Source: the human T2T-CHM13v2.0 reference genome, Homo sapiens. Taken from it: a stretch of DNA of 64,000 nucleotides. The stretch is from the NCBI RefSeq assembly GCF_009914755.1, contig NC_060939.1; one strand, 5' to 3'. Position numbers and translations under genes: made by a program. This document shows positions 32,891-47,629 of this stretch, in pieces; within the stretch, counting starts at the first letter, position 1, and the number at the start of each line of letters is the position of its first letter. Under the pieces are notes generated by a model that did no database searches, was not told where the DNA came from, and saw nothing but the letters and a program-made list of their open reading frames with translations.

Positions 32891-33443
32891 TGAAAGGGGG
32901 CCAGAACATGCCATGCCAAAATCTGACACTTTGGCATATTGATTATTTTGAGATGAAGGCACTTGAGAAACAGCAGATGCAGGAAAGGCTCCCTGACCTC
33001 CCCCTTTCTACCTAAAAGTAGTTCATAAAATTTCCCATGAGAAAGGTGTCCTCCCTGTACCAGGAAGAGAAGGATATTCTTATCACCAGAGACTGGGAGT
33101 CAATGGACCTGTACAAACAAACCTACTAAAATAACCCTTATCTCCCATTAGTTTCCCCCATATATTTCCTAGTCACTGTCCCACAGTTTACTGCCCTGAG
33201 TCCCAGCCCCTTTGTCTTGTCAGATCCTGCAATTTATCGTTCTTTGTGTAAAAAGGCATATGAGCTTTTGGGCTTCGTGGCTTCTTCGGGTCTTTATTTC
33301 CCTTTTGAAGACTCCTGTGTACACATAAAAATATTGCATAAAATGTGTATGCCTTTTCCCTGTTAATCGGTCTTATGTCCATTTAATTCTTAAGCCCAGA
33401 CACAGAACCTAGGAAGACAGAAGGAAGTTTTCATTCCCCTAGA
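32891..33443 (+). mobile_element. ERV1 solo LTR, MER34-family
   Basis: tgaaagggggccagaacatgcc, actttggcatattgattattttgagatgaagg; 4-bp TSD taag (32887-32890, 33444-33447). Confidence 0.8.
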
Positions 33444-34254
33444 TAAGCATATGGAGAGGGTTAAGAGTATTCCAGCTGAATGATGAGATGCTAAGGAAAG
33501 CTGGGGCCCACATGGGCCAGCTTCCCCAGGCTGCCATCACACATCCCGGGGAGGATGCAAGCTACACCTCGTACCAGCCTCTGCCCTGGAGGCATTTACA
33601 CTCAAGTAGTAGAGATAAGACAGATGTGCAATTGCTCTTTAATGAATGCAGCAGATTTCTGGGCCTGTAATGCATCTCATTTCTATATAAGTGAAGCCTT
33701 GCTATTAAAGATGTGGCAAAGAAACAGAACGAAAGAAGCATTTTTTAAATAAACTGATAAACAACTACTTGTCTAGTCAGGAAATTTGTCTGACATTCAT
33801 ATTTATGCATGGCTTAAAATCCATGGCAAGGATTGACAGCTGTTTGAAGAATTCAGAATGGTGAATGTCCAACACCACTTCCCATTTGTACCACAAAAAA
33901 TAGGAGACTGTAGCCACAGGGAAATACATCATTTACAACATCCATTATTGTTCTCTTTCTCAGAATGCTAGGAGTCTTTATAAGAAAGAGGAGAAAGGAA
34001 AAGAAAAATATAAGAAATCCTGTTTCTAGAATCACAGCATCATTCTCTATTGGAATGTTTGTAAGTGATATTATAAAATGCCTTGTGGCAACTTTTCACT
34101 TGGCAAATGAGAAAACTGAGGCTCAGGGAGAAGAGATGGCTTCCAAAAATTCCACAGCTAAACAGCCAGGGCTAGAGCATCCGGCCTGTTTGAATTCACT
34201 TGGCTTATAAATTAGTTTCTGTCGATCTGAAGAGAGGAACACTGATGAAGTAAA

Positions 34255-34347
34255 AAGAAGGAAGGAAGAAGGAGGGAAGAAGGAAGGAAGGAAGGCAGGA
34301 AAGCAGGAAGGCAGGAAGGAAGGGAGAGAGGGAGGGAGGGAGGGAGG
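34255..34347. repeat. (GGAA)n/GA-rich low-complexity tract
   Basis: gaaggaagg...ggagggagg. Confidence 0.9.
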
Positions 34348-35625
34348 CTACCCTCTTCTAGAGAATTCTCCAGGTAGCCAGGACCACAAAATTCTCTGCC
34401 CAACTGTCCTTGAGCTCACACACCACCAGTGTGTGAATCACCATGCCCAAGAGGAGACCAAAGTGGGGATGTGACCAGCGTGGGCTTAGCTAGGAAGCAG
34501 AGGCTGGGAGGTCCAAACATAGACATGAAATAGGACAAACCCAGAGATATGGGGAGAGCAGGGTTGGCCACTCATCAGAGTCTGGGAAACAAATCTTCTT
34601 GACAGCCATGTACTGATGCCAAAATCCAGAAAGTCCAGATTTTAGTTCAAATCTAAATTCTAACTTAGTTTTTCAGGTCATCATGAATGAGGGCATATTT
34701 CTCATGGTAAAAATATAGGACATATTGATTTAATAATGTGTTAGCTTGACTGCTAATGTTTAAATGTTAGGACATCTCGTAAGTGGGCCTCCATTTGTAC
34801 TCTTACCTTGGACCCAATAGATGAAGCTTCAAGTTGTCTTCTGCCTCAAAATGCTTTCCTTGCTGTGAAGAAAGCATTGACTTTATGCTAGTTCTGGTGT
34901 TTTACTACCAAACCTGAAACCAGCCACAGTGGAGAGGAGGGGACCTGGTTGTTTCTTCTTATTCTTGGTGTCATCTCTCATGAGGAGAAAGCTCTGTTAC
35001 TCTAATACTCCTAGGCTGTCTATCCTTTCACTCGATCCTGCCCAGGAGAGATGGAGTGAGTTCTCCAATATACTTCTTCCCCTTTGCTATTGGGATGAAG
35101 TTTCTTAAGAGGAACAGGAATCCTCCTCTTTCTTCCATGCATACATCTGTTACCTGTGACTGGATAGGTAATTCTGTTCAATAAACTACAGGCTAATATC
35201 TAAAAAATATAAATACAAAAATTTAAACAAATTGAATTCAGATATCAAAGTATATTGTATAGCCACAGTAAGATTTATTCTAGAAATGAAAGGATGGTTT
35301 GTGAAATGTATCAGTTATATTAGTAGGTCAAAGGAGAAAAATCACATGATTAACTTGATAGATGTTCATTTGATAAAAATCAAGATGAATAATTGATGAA
35401 GCTCTTTGTAAACTAGAGATAGAATGATACATCCATAACATGACACAGAAAATATTAAACCAACTATACCCAAAACATAAAACACTAAACAAGGCTTCCC
35501 AAGATATTTTCAGCTAAGCAAGAGCTCTGTGAATGTGCTGTCCACTACCTTCCCTCTCCCCATCTTACCTTTCTTCCCCAGATTTGGGGAAGATGTTTGG
35601 AATCCATGATGAAAAGAATTTAGAA

Positions 35626-35983
<358 letters not shown>

Positions 35984-36164
35984 TTATTTTTTTAGTAAAA
36001 TAACCCATTCGGAATGATGAAATGCAGTATAAAAAGTTTTGAAAATGACTACAGTGAATAAAATTTAAATCTTTAACCATAAACACTTTGACCATGGAAG
36101 CTTTTATCATTAATGTCCCCAGGAATGGACTACTATAGAGCACATTTTGTAAACTAATGTGTAG

Positions 36165-36510
<346 letters not shown>

Positions 36511-38447
36511 ATCCTACTATTATTTATACATTTCTAAATGAAACAAGAAAGAATAATAGAAATAAGTACTGAACATTAAGAAACAAATTATTGCTATTTG
36601 GAGATGATGTAATTGTCTATCTGGAAAACCAGGGAAGTCAGCTAGAAAAACTAACACAACTAATTACAATTAATGAGACAGTTCAGTAATACAGCCAGTC
36701 ACAGAACAATATACAATAATATATAGCACTCCTGTAAGCCAGAAACAATCAGTAGTAGCATAAAAAATTTTAAATCATTACAGCAACAAAAATATGTTAA
36801 TATCTAAGAATAGCCAAAACAAAAATAAACCATATACATAAAAAGAAAAACTATAGACCTTTACTGAAAAAAAACACAGAACAAGAGTTGAAAAAATTAG
36901 AAGACACAGCAGATTCCTCTTTTTGGAGAATCAAAACAAAAACATCAGCTAAGCTCAAATTATCTAATGGATTTAAAATGATCTCAATACAAATTTCTAA
37001 AGGATTTTTAAAAATGTGTCTAAAAGTATTTCAACATTTATCTTGAATAATAAATAAGACCAAATGTGTTTTATTAATTAAATAAAAGAGGTACCCTGCT
37101 AGATATTAAAATCTAATATAACTGTAATAATTAAAACATTGTGATCTGGTATTGGGTTAAACAAAAAACAAAGACCAGAAATAGAGCAGTAAACACTAAA
37201 ACCAACCCAATTATAATTAAGAATTTAGTACAATCTCCAACATTTTTTAAGGCCAAAAAAAAGAATTCAGCAGTAAACAACAAAAAAGAATATATTCAAT
37301 ATAGTTTTGGGGCAATTGAATAATCGAAAATAAGAAATGTAAATCCTTTCTCCCCACACCTTTAAAATAAATTTTAGACAAATACAATATTTTAATTTAG
37401 AAATTAAAATATTTTTATATAAACTTCAAGTAAAAATGATTTTAAAGCAGGATACCATAAGTAGAAATAATAAAGGAAACGATAAGTGGAAGTAGATTTA
37501 AAATTCAATGTATACATTATCAGACATCTATTAAACATCTACTGTGTATCAGGCATTGTATAAGACCCTGGCCTCACCACGTTTGTACTCTAGTATACTT
37601 ACTCTGGTAGACTATATTTTTGGCTGCTTTATATCTGGATAGAGCCATGTGACTGAGTTTGGGCAATAAAATATGGAAGGAAGAGATGCAAGCTACTTCC
37701 AGGACTGGCTCCACTTAAAAACAACAACAACACAAACTTCCTCTCTCTTCCCTGTTTGCGGTAACCTTGGTGGCCACATACTGGTGGTGGTATCACATTG
37801 GTGGAAGAAGCCTTAACCTAGAGAAGCACCATATGGAAAAGGACCAGCTGGGAGAGCCTCCTAACCATGAAAATAGCGATGGAACTTTGCATGAGCAAAG
37901 AAGACGTATTTATCACATTAAGCCTTTGAGATTTGAGGCCGTTTATTACAGCACTTTGCTTTTCCTGACTAGTACAAAAATCATTACTGAAAATGGGATT
38001 GGCTTAGGAAGGAGTAGTGGTAGCAGTGAGGAAACATAACAGGCTGGAGGCTGGATATCATGTTATTCAGAAGCAAAACATTTGGAAAACCTGACATCTG
38101 AAGTGACTTAATAGGTAGTCCATGTGTCTACGGACCCTAGAGGAGAGAGAAAAGGTTAGAAAACAAAACACTAGATGTGGATGCTGGTTGTTATTTGCTG
38201 AATTTGGCAAGGTATTATGAGAAAGAGCTGCACTGAGGAAAGAAGTGGCTGGCTTATATACAAAAATAAAAGAGAACAGAAAGATTTCAGATATTTGCAG
38301 CAATGAGGAGTGAAAAAGCCAACTGCTTCTAGACCCCAAATAGGACAAGTCAGAATTTTTAACGGCTTTGAGTCACAAAACCCAGTAAAACTTCACAGAG
38401 GAATCAAGAGACTCCAGGCTATGTTTATAGTAAGGATGTATCCTTCT

Positions 38448-38808
38448 TGATATGGGTTGGCTGTGTCCCCACCCAAATCTCATCTTGAATTCCCACATGA
38501 TGTGGGAGGGTCCCACTGAGAGGTAATTGAATTATGAGGGCAGGTCTTTCTTGCAATGTTCTCACGATAGTGAATGAGTTGCATGAGACATGATGGTTTC
38601 ATAAGGGGGAAACTCATTTGGCTTGGCTCTCCTTCTCTCTTTGCCTGCTGCCATTCGTGTAAGATGTCACTTGCTCCTCCTTGCCTTCCACCATGATTGA
38701 AAGGCTTCCCCAGCCAAGTGGAACTGTAAGTCCAATTAAACCTCTTTCTTTTGTAAGTTGCCCAGTCTCAGGTATGTCTTTATCAGCAGCGTGAAAATGA
38801 TTTGTACA
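38448..38808 (+). mobile_element. THE1B-like solo LTR
   Basis: tgatatgggttggctgtgtccccacccaaatctcatcttgaatt...ttatcagcagcgtgaaaat...aca; perfect 5-bp TSD cttct. Confidence 0.93.
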
Positions 38809-39006
38809 CTTCTCAAAGGTTGTTCTAGATACATTCAGGTAGATGCCTTTATTAATAGTGTGGTTTAAAGTGGGGAAGCAAAGAAACTGATAAAGAAATG
38901 AGGGGAGGGAGTGGTTGCTTAGCACATAGTACTGAATGAAACCAAAGAAATCAGAAGTCTTCCAAGTTTTAAAGGGAATTATGAATTGCTAAAGAAGCTA
39001 ACATTA

Positions 39007-39434
<428 letters not shown>

Positions 39435-40121
39435 TCATATGGTCAAGGAGGATAAGAGAAAAGGAAGTCTACCAGAGAGAGGACCAAGGACCACAGAGTG
39501 CAAGGCTAGAGTAGCCTTTTCCAACCAGGTTCCCTTCCAGGGGAGAATTAAGTCCAAAGCATATCTTGTAAGTAACCAAATTAACTTTTCTCCCTATCTG
39601 TCTAGGATGGTTCTAGCTATATACCAAGCTTGGGAGAATTGGAAATAGTCACTGGGATCATTTTCTGCTTTATTTTCTCATGGAACCCCCATTAATAAAG
39701 GATTCCAGAGAGTTTCTTCCAGAAAACCAAATCTGTTTCTAATTAGAAAATTCCTCCACTTCCAAGACAGGAGACTTCAGGATTTCAACCTTGACATGCA
39801 CCAGGAACAGCTATGTGGAAAGTCAACACTTTTGAATTATACTGATGGCTTTGAAAATTAAGTCAACATTTTTTGGGATAATTCAAAAGGTCTTTCAAAA
39901 TACGCATCTCTTTTAATCCTGCAGTTCCACTTTTAGGATTTCATCTCAACAAAATAAGTTTGTGTATTTGCAAAGAAATTCACTGAAATGTTAGTCATGG
40001 AGCAAGTTTCTTATGTGTAGATTTGGGTATGCAAGAAATATCAACATACTTTATAAGCTTAAATCAAACTAAATATAACAGCCTCCCCACACAATCCTAC
40101 CAAGAAGGTGAGAAATCAGTC

Positions 40122-40745
40122 TTGGCCCTTTTTGAAACCTCCTCTCTCTTCCTGGGGTCTCTGGTGGGCACTGATGATTTCCTTGTCCAAGCTGGCATGG
40201 TCTCTTGGAGGCAATGCACCTTGCCTTCTCTGCCTTGCTTGGAGACAGGATTATTTGCCAACACCAAGAGGCTACTGCCCAAGGTCACCCCTCCGCAGCT
40301 GTTCCTGGTGAGGTCCTGCCACCCCCGGGGGCCCTGTCAGGCCCAGACTCACATCCTTCTACTCTCTCTGCTTCCTTTGATGACTCCAAAACTCCTCTTT
40401 CAGACAAAGCCCCTTTGTACTTGCTCTTTGCATGATCCCCTCAATAAACTGAGACTTACTCAAACAAAAGCCAGGAAGAATGTCTTCATGCCCCTGCAGC
40501 AAAGAAAGTGTTAAAAGGAGGGAAAGTCAAAATGGGGGAGAATGGAACTCAAAGACCTCTTTTCCTTTCATATCCTTCCACAGAGACAAAAATAAAATAG
40601 AAAATCATCTTTGTAAATTGTTCTGCACTTTTATGAGAGCGAAGCTATCAGCAATAAACTAAATTATTTGCAATGTAAGGGTTTTAAATTTATTACAAAT
40701 TATCCAATGTAAGGCATACCATGCAGCTGTAGAGCATACAACTCT

Positions 40746-40806
<61 letters not shown>

Positions 40807-41082
40807 AAAAAAAGCATTTGCCAAGTGATGTGGAGGGGCAACACCCACCCTTTGCCCCTTATTGGAGACTTCTCTCTCTTCTTGGGGTCTCTGGTCCAAG
40901 GAATCCAAGAAGCTTACATTGAGGCCAATCTGATGGGCACTCATGGCTTCCTTTTCCAAGCCGGCATGGTCTTGGAAGCAATGAATCTTGCCTTCTTTGC
41001 CTTGCTTGGGGACAGGAATATTTGCCAACACTAAGAACCTACTCCCCAAGGTCAGCCCTCAGCAGCTATTCCCAGTGAGGTC
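40122..41082 (+). other. Two diverged copies (40122-40315, 40852-41082) of an unassigned sequence; possible decayed coding fragment
   Basis: About 88% identity over a 171-nt core, 39-bp and 2-bp indels. Confidence 0.8.
40750..40813. repeat. (CA)n microsatellite plus A-run
   Basis: About 26 uninterrupted CA units. Confidence 0.97.
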
Positions 41083-41776
41083 AGGAACTAAACATAATGT
41101 AGACTATTTAATAACAGGAAAACAACAGAAAAAAGGTAGGAAAGGTAAGAAACAGATGACAAGAAGTATTTAAATATGTTGCCACTTTTATAAACCCAAA
41201 GTTTATAGAATAGAAGGGAAACTATAGTGTGCATATATACACATCTATAAGCCTATGCATGCATGTACAAGATATGCAAAGACACCCTGCATAGCACTAC
41301 ACCACATGGTGGAATTACATATTTTTTTCTTTTCACTTTCATCTACGTAATGAAATTTTATAATGACATATTTTACTTTCATGATCAGGTTTGTATACAG
41401 AACCCAGAACCCATTTCCCCCCGCTGCCACCCGCGCCCTGCCTCTGTCCTGCTTAGCTTAGGGCTCTGGCAGCTGCTAACTCAGACTTTGGAAAAGCAGA
41501 GCCCAAGTCATGTGAATTATAATTGAAAACATTCTTCAAGGGCTTTGAAAGCACTGTTGGTTGTTCATATTGTGCTGAGGATGGGCCTGAGTCTGGGCTT
41601 CACAGGGACCCAAGGGAAGGCAGGGAGGGAGCAAGGTTCCTGTCAGATCTAGAGGACCAGGGAAGGAAAGGAAGGGAAAAGACTGAGGAGCAGAGAGGAG
41701 GGGGAGGTGGGCAGCAGGATGAAGAAGGAGGGGCCAGGCACTTCCTGACTGTCTTTTTTAAAGAGGAAGCAAAATA

Positions 41777-41816
41777 TTAGGTTGATGCAAAAGCAATTGC
41801 TGTTGCATCAACTTAA
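41777..41816. mobile_element. Collapsed MADE1 (Hsmar1 MITE)
   Basis: ttaggttgatgcaaaagcaattgctgttgcatcaacttaa with TA on both sides. Confidence 0.85.
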
Positions 41817-42231
41817 TATATGGAAAAGGCACAGGCTTGGATCCTTGCCTGTTGAATGTAAATAATGCCTGATTCATGATGTGGTGCTGAGTATTTTACA
41901 AGAGTGTAATTTTGGAGTCTAGTATTTACCCTGCCCCAAAATTCATCTTACTGTGCATGAACCTGTGGTTACCAAAGTGGCATCAATGAATCCTTATGGC
42001 CAAACCAAATTAAAGGTTTCTGAAGTATGGTCTAAGAAAATGAATGCTACGAAGGAGCCCTGGGGCCAACATGGGCTTGCTGCTGACAAGCCCTGGGGCT
42101 TCGGGTAAGATTCAGCCTCCTGGCACCACTGTTCTTCCCTGAAATGAGAAGCCGAGGCCAGGCTGGCCCAGGGATTGTCAGGGCCAGCTGTAGGAACCCA
42201 TGTTCCAAAACCTCCAGAGACCCCCACGGGA

Positions 42232-42235
<4 letters not shown>

Positions 42236-42279
<44 letters not shown>
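42236..42279. repeat. (TG)n microsatellite
   Basis: About 22 units. Confidence 0.97.
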
Positions 42280-42280
<1 letters not shown>

Positions 42281-42630
42281 TACAGCTGAAATATGGTTTG
42301 CAAACTATGGCACTTGATGACTTTTGCATTCCCTTTCTCAACTGTCGTTTGGTGGTTTTTTAAATTGATATAGAAGCAAGGAGTGATTCAGTACCAACGC
42401 TGGAAGAACACCTAAAGCAAGACAGCAGCACAGCACAGGTTCCTGTCCCAGGTCAGCCTCAGCCGCTCCACTAATTATGTCTCCTTAGACAGATAATTTT
42501 AGGCGTTAAACATGGATTCATAAGAAGGAAGAGAGAAATAAACAAAGAGAAAGGGAGATTGAGAAGGACCGAGAAGAGAGCAGAAGGGAGGGAGAAGGGA
42601 GAGCGCCTGTGATCTTTGGCATTGACAGAA

Positions 42631-42883
42631 CACGGGCTGGTGGTATTATGACTTCCACGGGCCCTGGGTGCTTTTAACTTCATGGGCTTCTTCCTCCATA
42701 AAGCAATATTAAATATTCTATTTTATAAGTGCACTGATATAAAGAAAAATATACTCCAGCTCTGATTATATTCATTTTCTTTCTGCTAATTTTAGAAGAA
42801 ATTAAGGCATTTCCAGGGGCTCCTAAAAGTACAGAGAGCCCTGGGCATTGGGCCTGCTGTGCTTGGTGGGGAAGTCGGCCCTG
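42631..42883 (-). mobile_element. hAT-Tip100 MITE, ORSL-like
   Basis: attatgacttccacgggccctggg...cttcctccataaa...aagtcggccctg terminus. Confidence 0.65.
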
Positions 42884-43759
42884 AGTACCCCCTGTCTTGG
42901 CCCCTTATCCACCTTCAGCTCATTCTGGGATGGACTTGTCCCTATCCTGACCCCAAGCTTGAGGCAAATGTCTTAAAAGAGGGATCTAGTTTTAAAATGC
43001 CCAGAAGACAGAAAGTTCAACACAATGTTCTGTAGGAATTTCTGTGGATCTCTGGGAGAAAATGATCCTAAAAATGATAAATACATTCGAATTAACAAAC
43101 TCTCTCCCTCCTCTTCCCCTCTAAATCCCTTCACAACTGTGAGGAAAAAAGTAGACAAATAAACAAATAACAGTTTGGAAGAAATTAACAGATCATTATG
43201 GTATGATTTTACTCGGTTTCTGCAAAGTGCAGTTGGCATTCTTTCTAGTGTAACAGGCAATTAAGTCCACAGTGGAGACAAGAGGCAGAGGCTCATTATA
43301 AAAATAAACCTGTGACCAGAGCACCAAAAGGGAAGAGGCAGGGCTGCATATCATCACAGTTGGGGCTTTTTTAAAATAACTTGAGCTCAGTCCAAGTGTC
43401 TAACACACAAAGTGAGCCAGAGGCCTCAGAAGGCCCCCATTTGAGGACAGGAGTTAACTATGGGAGATCAAAGTAAAAAGGAGAAATGCAGCAGGAGAAA
43501 GACAAAGAAAGAGAGGCAAAGGGGCTGTCGGGTTCCCTGCCATGCTGAATGTCAGGGTGAAATAGGGAACTCAGGCACCATATTTGCACAGTACCACCAA
43601 AGAAGAGAGTATGAACAATCTTTTGAAGACAGTTGGCACTGGGTGGGTGGGCAGCTTCCATGCTTGCATTTGGAAGGCAGAACACTGCCAAAGAGGTGAA
43701 GGGCATTGGCTTGGCAGGGCCCTTGGACAGGCAGGCTTTCAACATTATCACGAGGTTGC

Positions 43760-43915
43760 TGGGTGACCTGGGTTCACCTCTGCTCACTGAAACTCTGTTT
43801 CTTCGTCTGTAAAATGGGGATAATTCCATTACCTGCCTCTCAGGGTTGTGAAGATTAAATGAGAGCACGCATATGCACTACCCGGTTTAGAATAGGAATT
43901 CACTAAGAGGTTGCC
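43760..43915 (+). mobile_element. MIR
   Basis: gtgacctggg...ctgtttcttcgtctgtaaaatggggataat...agggttgtgaagattaaatgaga. Confidence 0.8.
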
Positions 43916-44115
43916 ATCATTATCATCATTCATAATATTATTATCATCAGTATTTACAGACATAGCCAGCTCTAGCAGGGATACTATGGAGAAGTGGTAT
44001 GGCAGAGACTTAACTTTTGGTGCTGAGGGCCCTCACTTACAAAGGCGTATTTAAGATTTGGGGGACTGGAGAATAGGACTGGGGAGGAGCCATTAAGATT
44101 TATTAATTGTGCTCT

Positions 44116-44131
44116 TGCTCTCTCTCTCTCT

Positions 44132-44173
<42 letters not shown>
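44116..44173. repeat. (CT)n(CA)n compound microsatellite
   Basis: Seen directly. Confidence 0.95.
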
Positions 44174-44177
<4 letters not shown>

Positions 44178-44646
44178 TAAACTACTTCACACAAGTTCCT
44201 CATTGCTTGTTGCAGTGAGGTCAGGAGATGAAGCCTCACGTATTAATAACATATTTCTGGATATCACCAGCAAGTGCCAGCTCTCTCTGTCCTCTAAACC
44301 TGTCAAACTCTAGCAGGATCCAACGCTTTCTGCACTGACAGCTTGCCACCCTCTGAATCCCACACCCTTCCCTCATTCCCTACAGTCTTCTAGCCACCTC
44401 TGAGCTCTCCAAGTGAGAGAGTCTATGACACCAAAGAGTAAACAAAGAAAACAAAGACCTGGCTCCGCTGAGGGGAGAGGCACAGGGCTGGGTAGGATAA
44501 GGGATGCTAGAAACAATTCCCAGGACCCCTGCTGACCCAGCCCAGGGCTGACCCAGCCCAGGGGCAGCCCATCCCCAAAAGGAAGCCCTGAAAAATAAGG
44601 TGCTGCTGGCCTCCCTCCTTCCTGACCTCCTTCTGTCCCAACTTTC

Positions 44647-44954
44647 TTTTTGTTGTTGTTGTTTTTTGTTTTTTGTTTGTTTGTTTTTTAGACAGAGTTT
44701 TGCTCTTTTGCCCAGGCCCAAGTGAAGTGGCATGATCTCGGCTCACAGAAACCTTCGCCCCTTGGGTTCCAGTGAGTCTCCTGCCTCAGTCTCCCAAGTA
44801 GCTGGGATTATAGGCACCCACCATCATGCCCAGCTAATTTTTGTATTTTTAGTAGAGACAGGGTTTCACCATGTTGGCCAGGCTGGTCTCGAACTCCACC
44901 CGCCTCGGCCTCCTAAAGTGGTAGGATTACAGGCGGGAGCCACCACGCCCAGCC
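44647..44954 (-). mobile_element. AluS with a small left-arm deletion
   Basis: Perfect 15-bp TSD tctgtcccaactttc (44632-44646, 44955-44969); gaactccacccgcc lacks tgacctcaggtgatcc. Confidence 0.93.
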
Positions 44955-47629
44955 TCTGTCCCAACTTTCACTGAGCCTCTGCCATCACATCAGACTTGTC
45001 TCCTAACTGCTGAGCTATGAGGGTTCATGAAAGTTTCTAACTGTATGTTTAACTTTTTCTGAGAAAAAAAAAAGAGCAAATTCTTATTTCCTTTTTCTAA
45101 AGTTAGCCAACTTTTTACTTTTCCCTTCATCACCTGTCCAGCTCTAGCCCTGAATCCTGCATTTCCACATGCTATTCATTGTGAGGCTCATGCTAAAATC
45201 AACAGCCAGAGCTGACTACATGCTTACTATGTGCTAGGCGACGTGCTATGCATTTTATATGCATTATCTTTATTATCTCATTTACATATGTTGGAAGCAA
45301 AGCTCAGAGAGGTTAAGTTACTTATGCGAAGCCACACAGAAGAAATTAAGCAGAACTCAAAGCTGTCTGACTCCAGCGTTCATGCTTGGAACACTAACTA
45401 CCCTCTACTAGTTCATTAGAGGCAACTGGGTAAAAGTGGAACTAGGTGTGCCCGTGATAAAGCCTGTGATTAAGTAGTTAAAATGAGGATGGATTCCGGT
45501 AAGCCAAACGTACACATAAGGTTTACGGCACTACAGCCTCTGAGAACTAGACAAGTAACAGGCTAGAACTGACACCTGGTGAAGGTGGAAGAGGGTTGGC
45601 AGGCTTAACTCTGAGTTTAGCTTGATGAAGCAGGAACAGGATAAAGTCTTGAGTCTGAAAGTAAACAAATTCTCAGCTACATAAACTCTATGGCATTGAA
45701 TAAAGGTCAGTGGGTTTGAATAAAACCCAAGATATGGATAAAACTTTGAGAATAATCAGAATAATCCAATAAACAGTTCTGGGGAGAGCATCTGAAGTGA
45801 GAAGTAGCCCGGATATACAGTAAGTCTGGGGTCCACATGAAGCCCAGAATGTGTCTGAAACCCAGAGACTGGTGAGAGTAAGTAAAACCTGAACACTAAT
45901 GAAGTCCGGGGCTCGGGTGCTGGCTGAAGTGTATGCTCCACTAGGAATCTGCTCTTCTCTGTGAGGCACTGCTGAAGAGCATTCCTAAAGGACCATGGTC
46001 CCCACCAACCAGGAGCCTCCACTGTCCCTCTTTCCTTTCCTGTGGGTGGCACTGCCTTAGGCTAAATCCTCTTCTCTCCTAGAGGCACGAACAAACACTC
46101 AGTTCCTTTGACACTTTCCCAGAATGGGACAAGAGAACCCAGTCCATACGCTTGAGGCCACTCATCCTTCCACTTTCTCCCAAGATTCCCACCAGTCCCA
46201 AAGAAGTTTTTCTTTTATCTTCTTCTGGGACATAACTGGAAGGAGCCCTTGCCTCAGTGTCCCTGACTTTCAGCCTTTATATAGGAGGACAAAGCTGACC
46301 CCAGGTCTCCCAGCTCCATGAGCTTGCAGTTTCCTCCAGGGTCTTGACTCAAACCTCTAATGATGCAGCCTTCTGGAGGGAGGGCCTCCCTTTGCCCAGC
46401 ATCTGAAAGTGATCAGACAGGGCTTCCCCTAGGTATCTCAGGACAGACAAGCAGCTCTCCTGGCCAGACTGGATTAATACAGTCCCTGAGTGGCTTCAGT
46501 CTTCTGGGCCCCACTGGAAGTCAGAGCCTGGGCTCTGGGCCCTGGCTCTGCCCCACAGGTCAGAATCTCACCCTCTGTCCTGTTTTCCATCTCCACCACC
46601 AGGGAGTTCCAGGAGATGAGCATGGCCCAAGCTGTTTCACAGACCGCCAGGGGCCCAGGGAGTTCCCAGGATCTCAGTGAGTTCTACTACTAACAGTTTT
46701 CTGTATTGGTTTTTACTGCCTGCAGTTTCATTCGAAGAAAGATCTCCACTGTGTTAAAGGGTTTGCGAACCACTGGGCCATATGGTCACTCAAATCCCTT
46801 CCAGCTGTGGCCTCCCATCATTCTATGACAAGTCCCTTCAATCAGTCATTCCCGGCACCAGGTGTGGGGGGCCCTGCTGGAGCAGGCCAACTCATATTGA
46901 TTTTCTTCTGGCCCCCAGCCAGGAACTGGCACGGCCTCTGCTCCATGGCACTCCAGGGACCAGCCCCAAGGGAGGCTCTGGTTAGCTCTCTGGCTGATGG
47001 ACGACAGCTGGCCAAATGCTGGCAGCAATTTCACGGACCTAAAGACTCACTCTCTCCCCTCCTCCATCCAGTAAGATCCTAGTCCTGTCATTGGGCCATG
47101 AAGCTTCGGCCAGCTTCCTAATGGCCTTTGGAGCCTCAGGAAGGTTAAAGAAGACAGACACAGCCAGAGGCTGGGACGGCCAGAAATAGCCACTGTGCCC
47201 TTTGGAGGGAGAGGTGAGCCTGGGCCAGCAGGCAGCCTCATGAAGCAGGCACAGCTTCAGGAAACCCTGCCCTATGACCAGCTTCACTCTGCGTTGTCCA
47301 GCCAGTGTCAGGCTAGAAGCCTGGCTTAGGACAGGAACCCCTGCCAGTGGCCTCTTCCTTGTGTGGAAGCCAGGCCAACACTGAGAATCCCATTGAGCCT
47401 GCTCACCTGCTTGGCCTCAATCAGACCCGCATTTAGAATTTGAATCTTGGTTCTCCGACTTATTAGGTAGAAGAGCATGAAAAGTTGTTTTGCCTTTCTG
47501 AGCTTCAGTTCCCGCATCTATAAAATGGAGGTAATAACATCTATTTAGCTGGGTTGCTTGAGAAGCAAAACCTAATGCCTGCATATAGTACTGGTTTTTT
47601 TATTATTACAATTGTTTGATGAGATGTGT

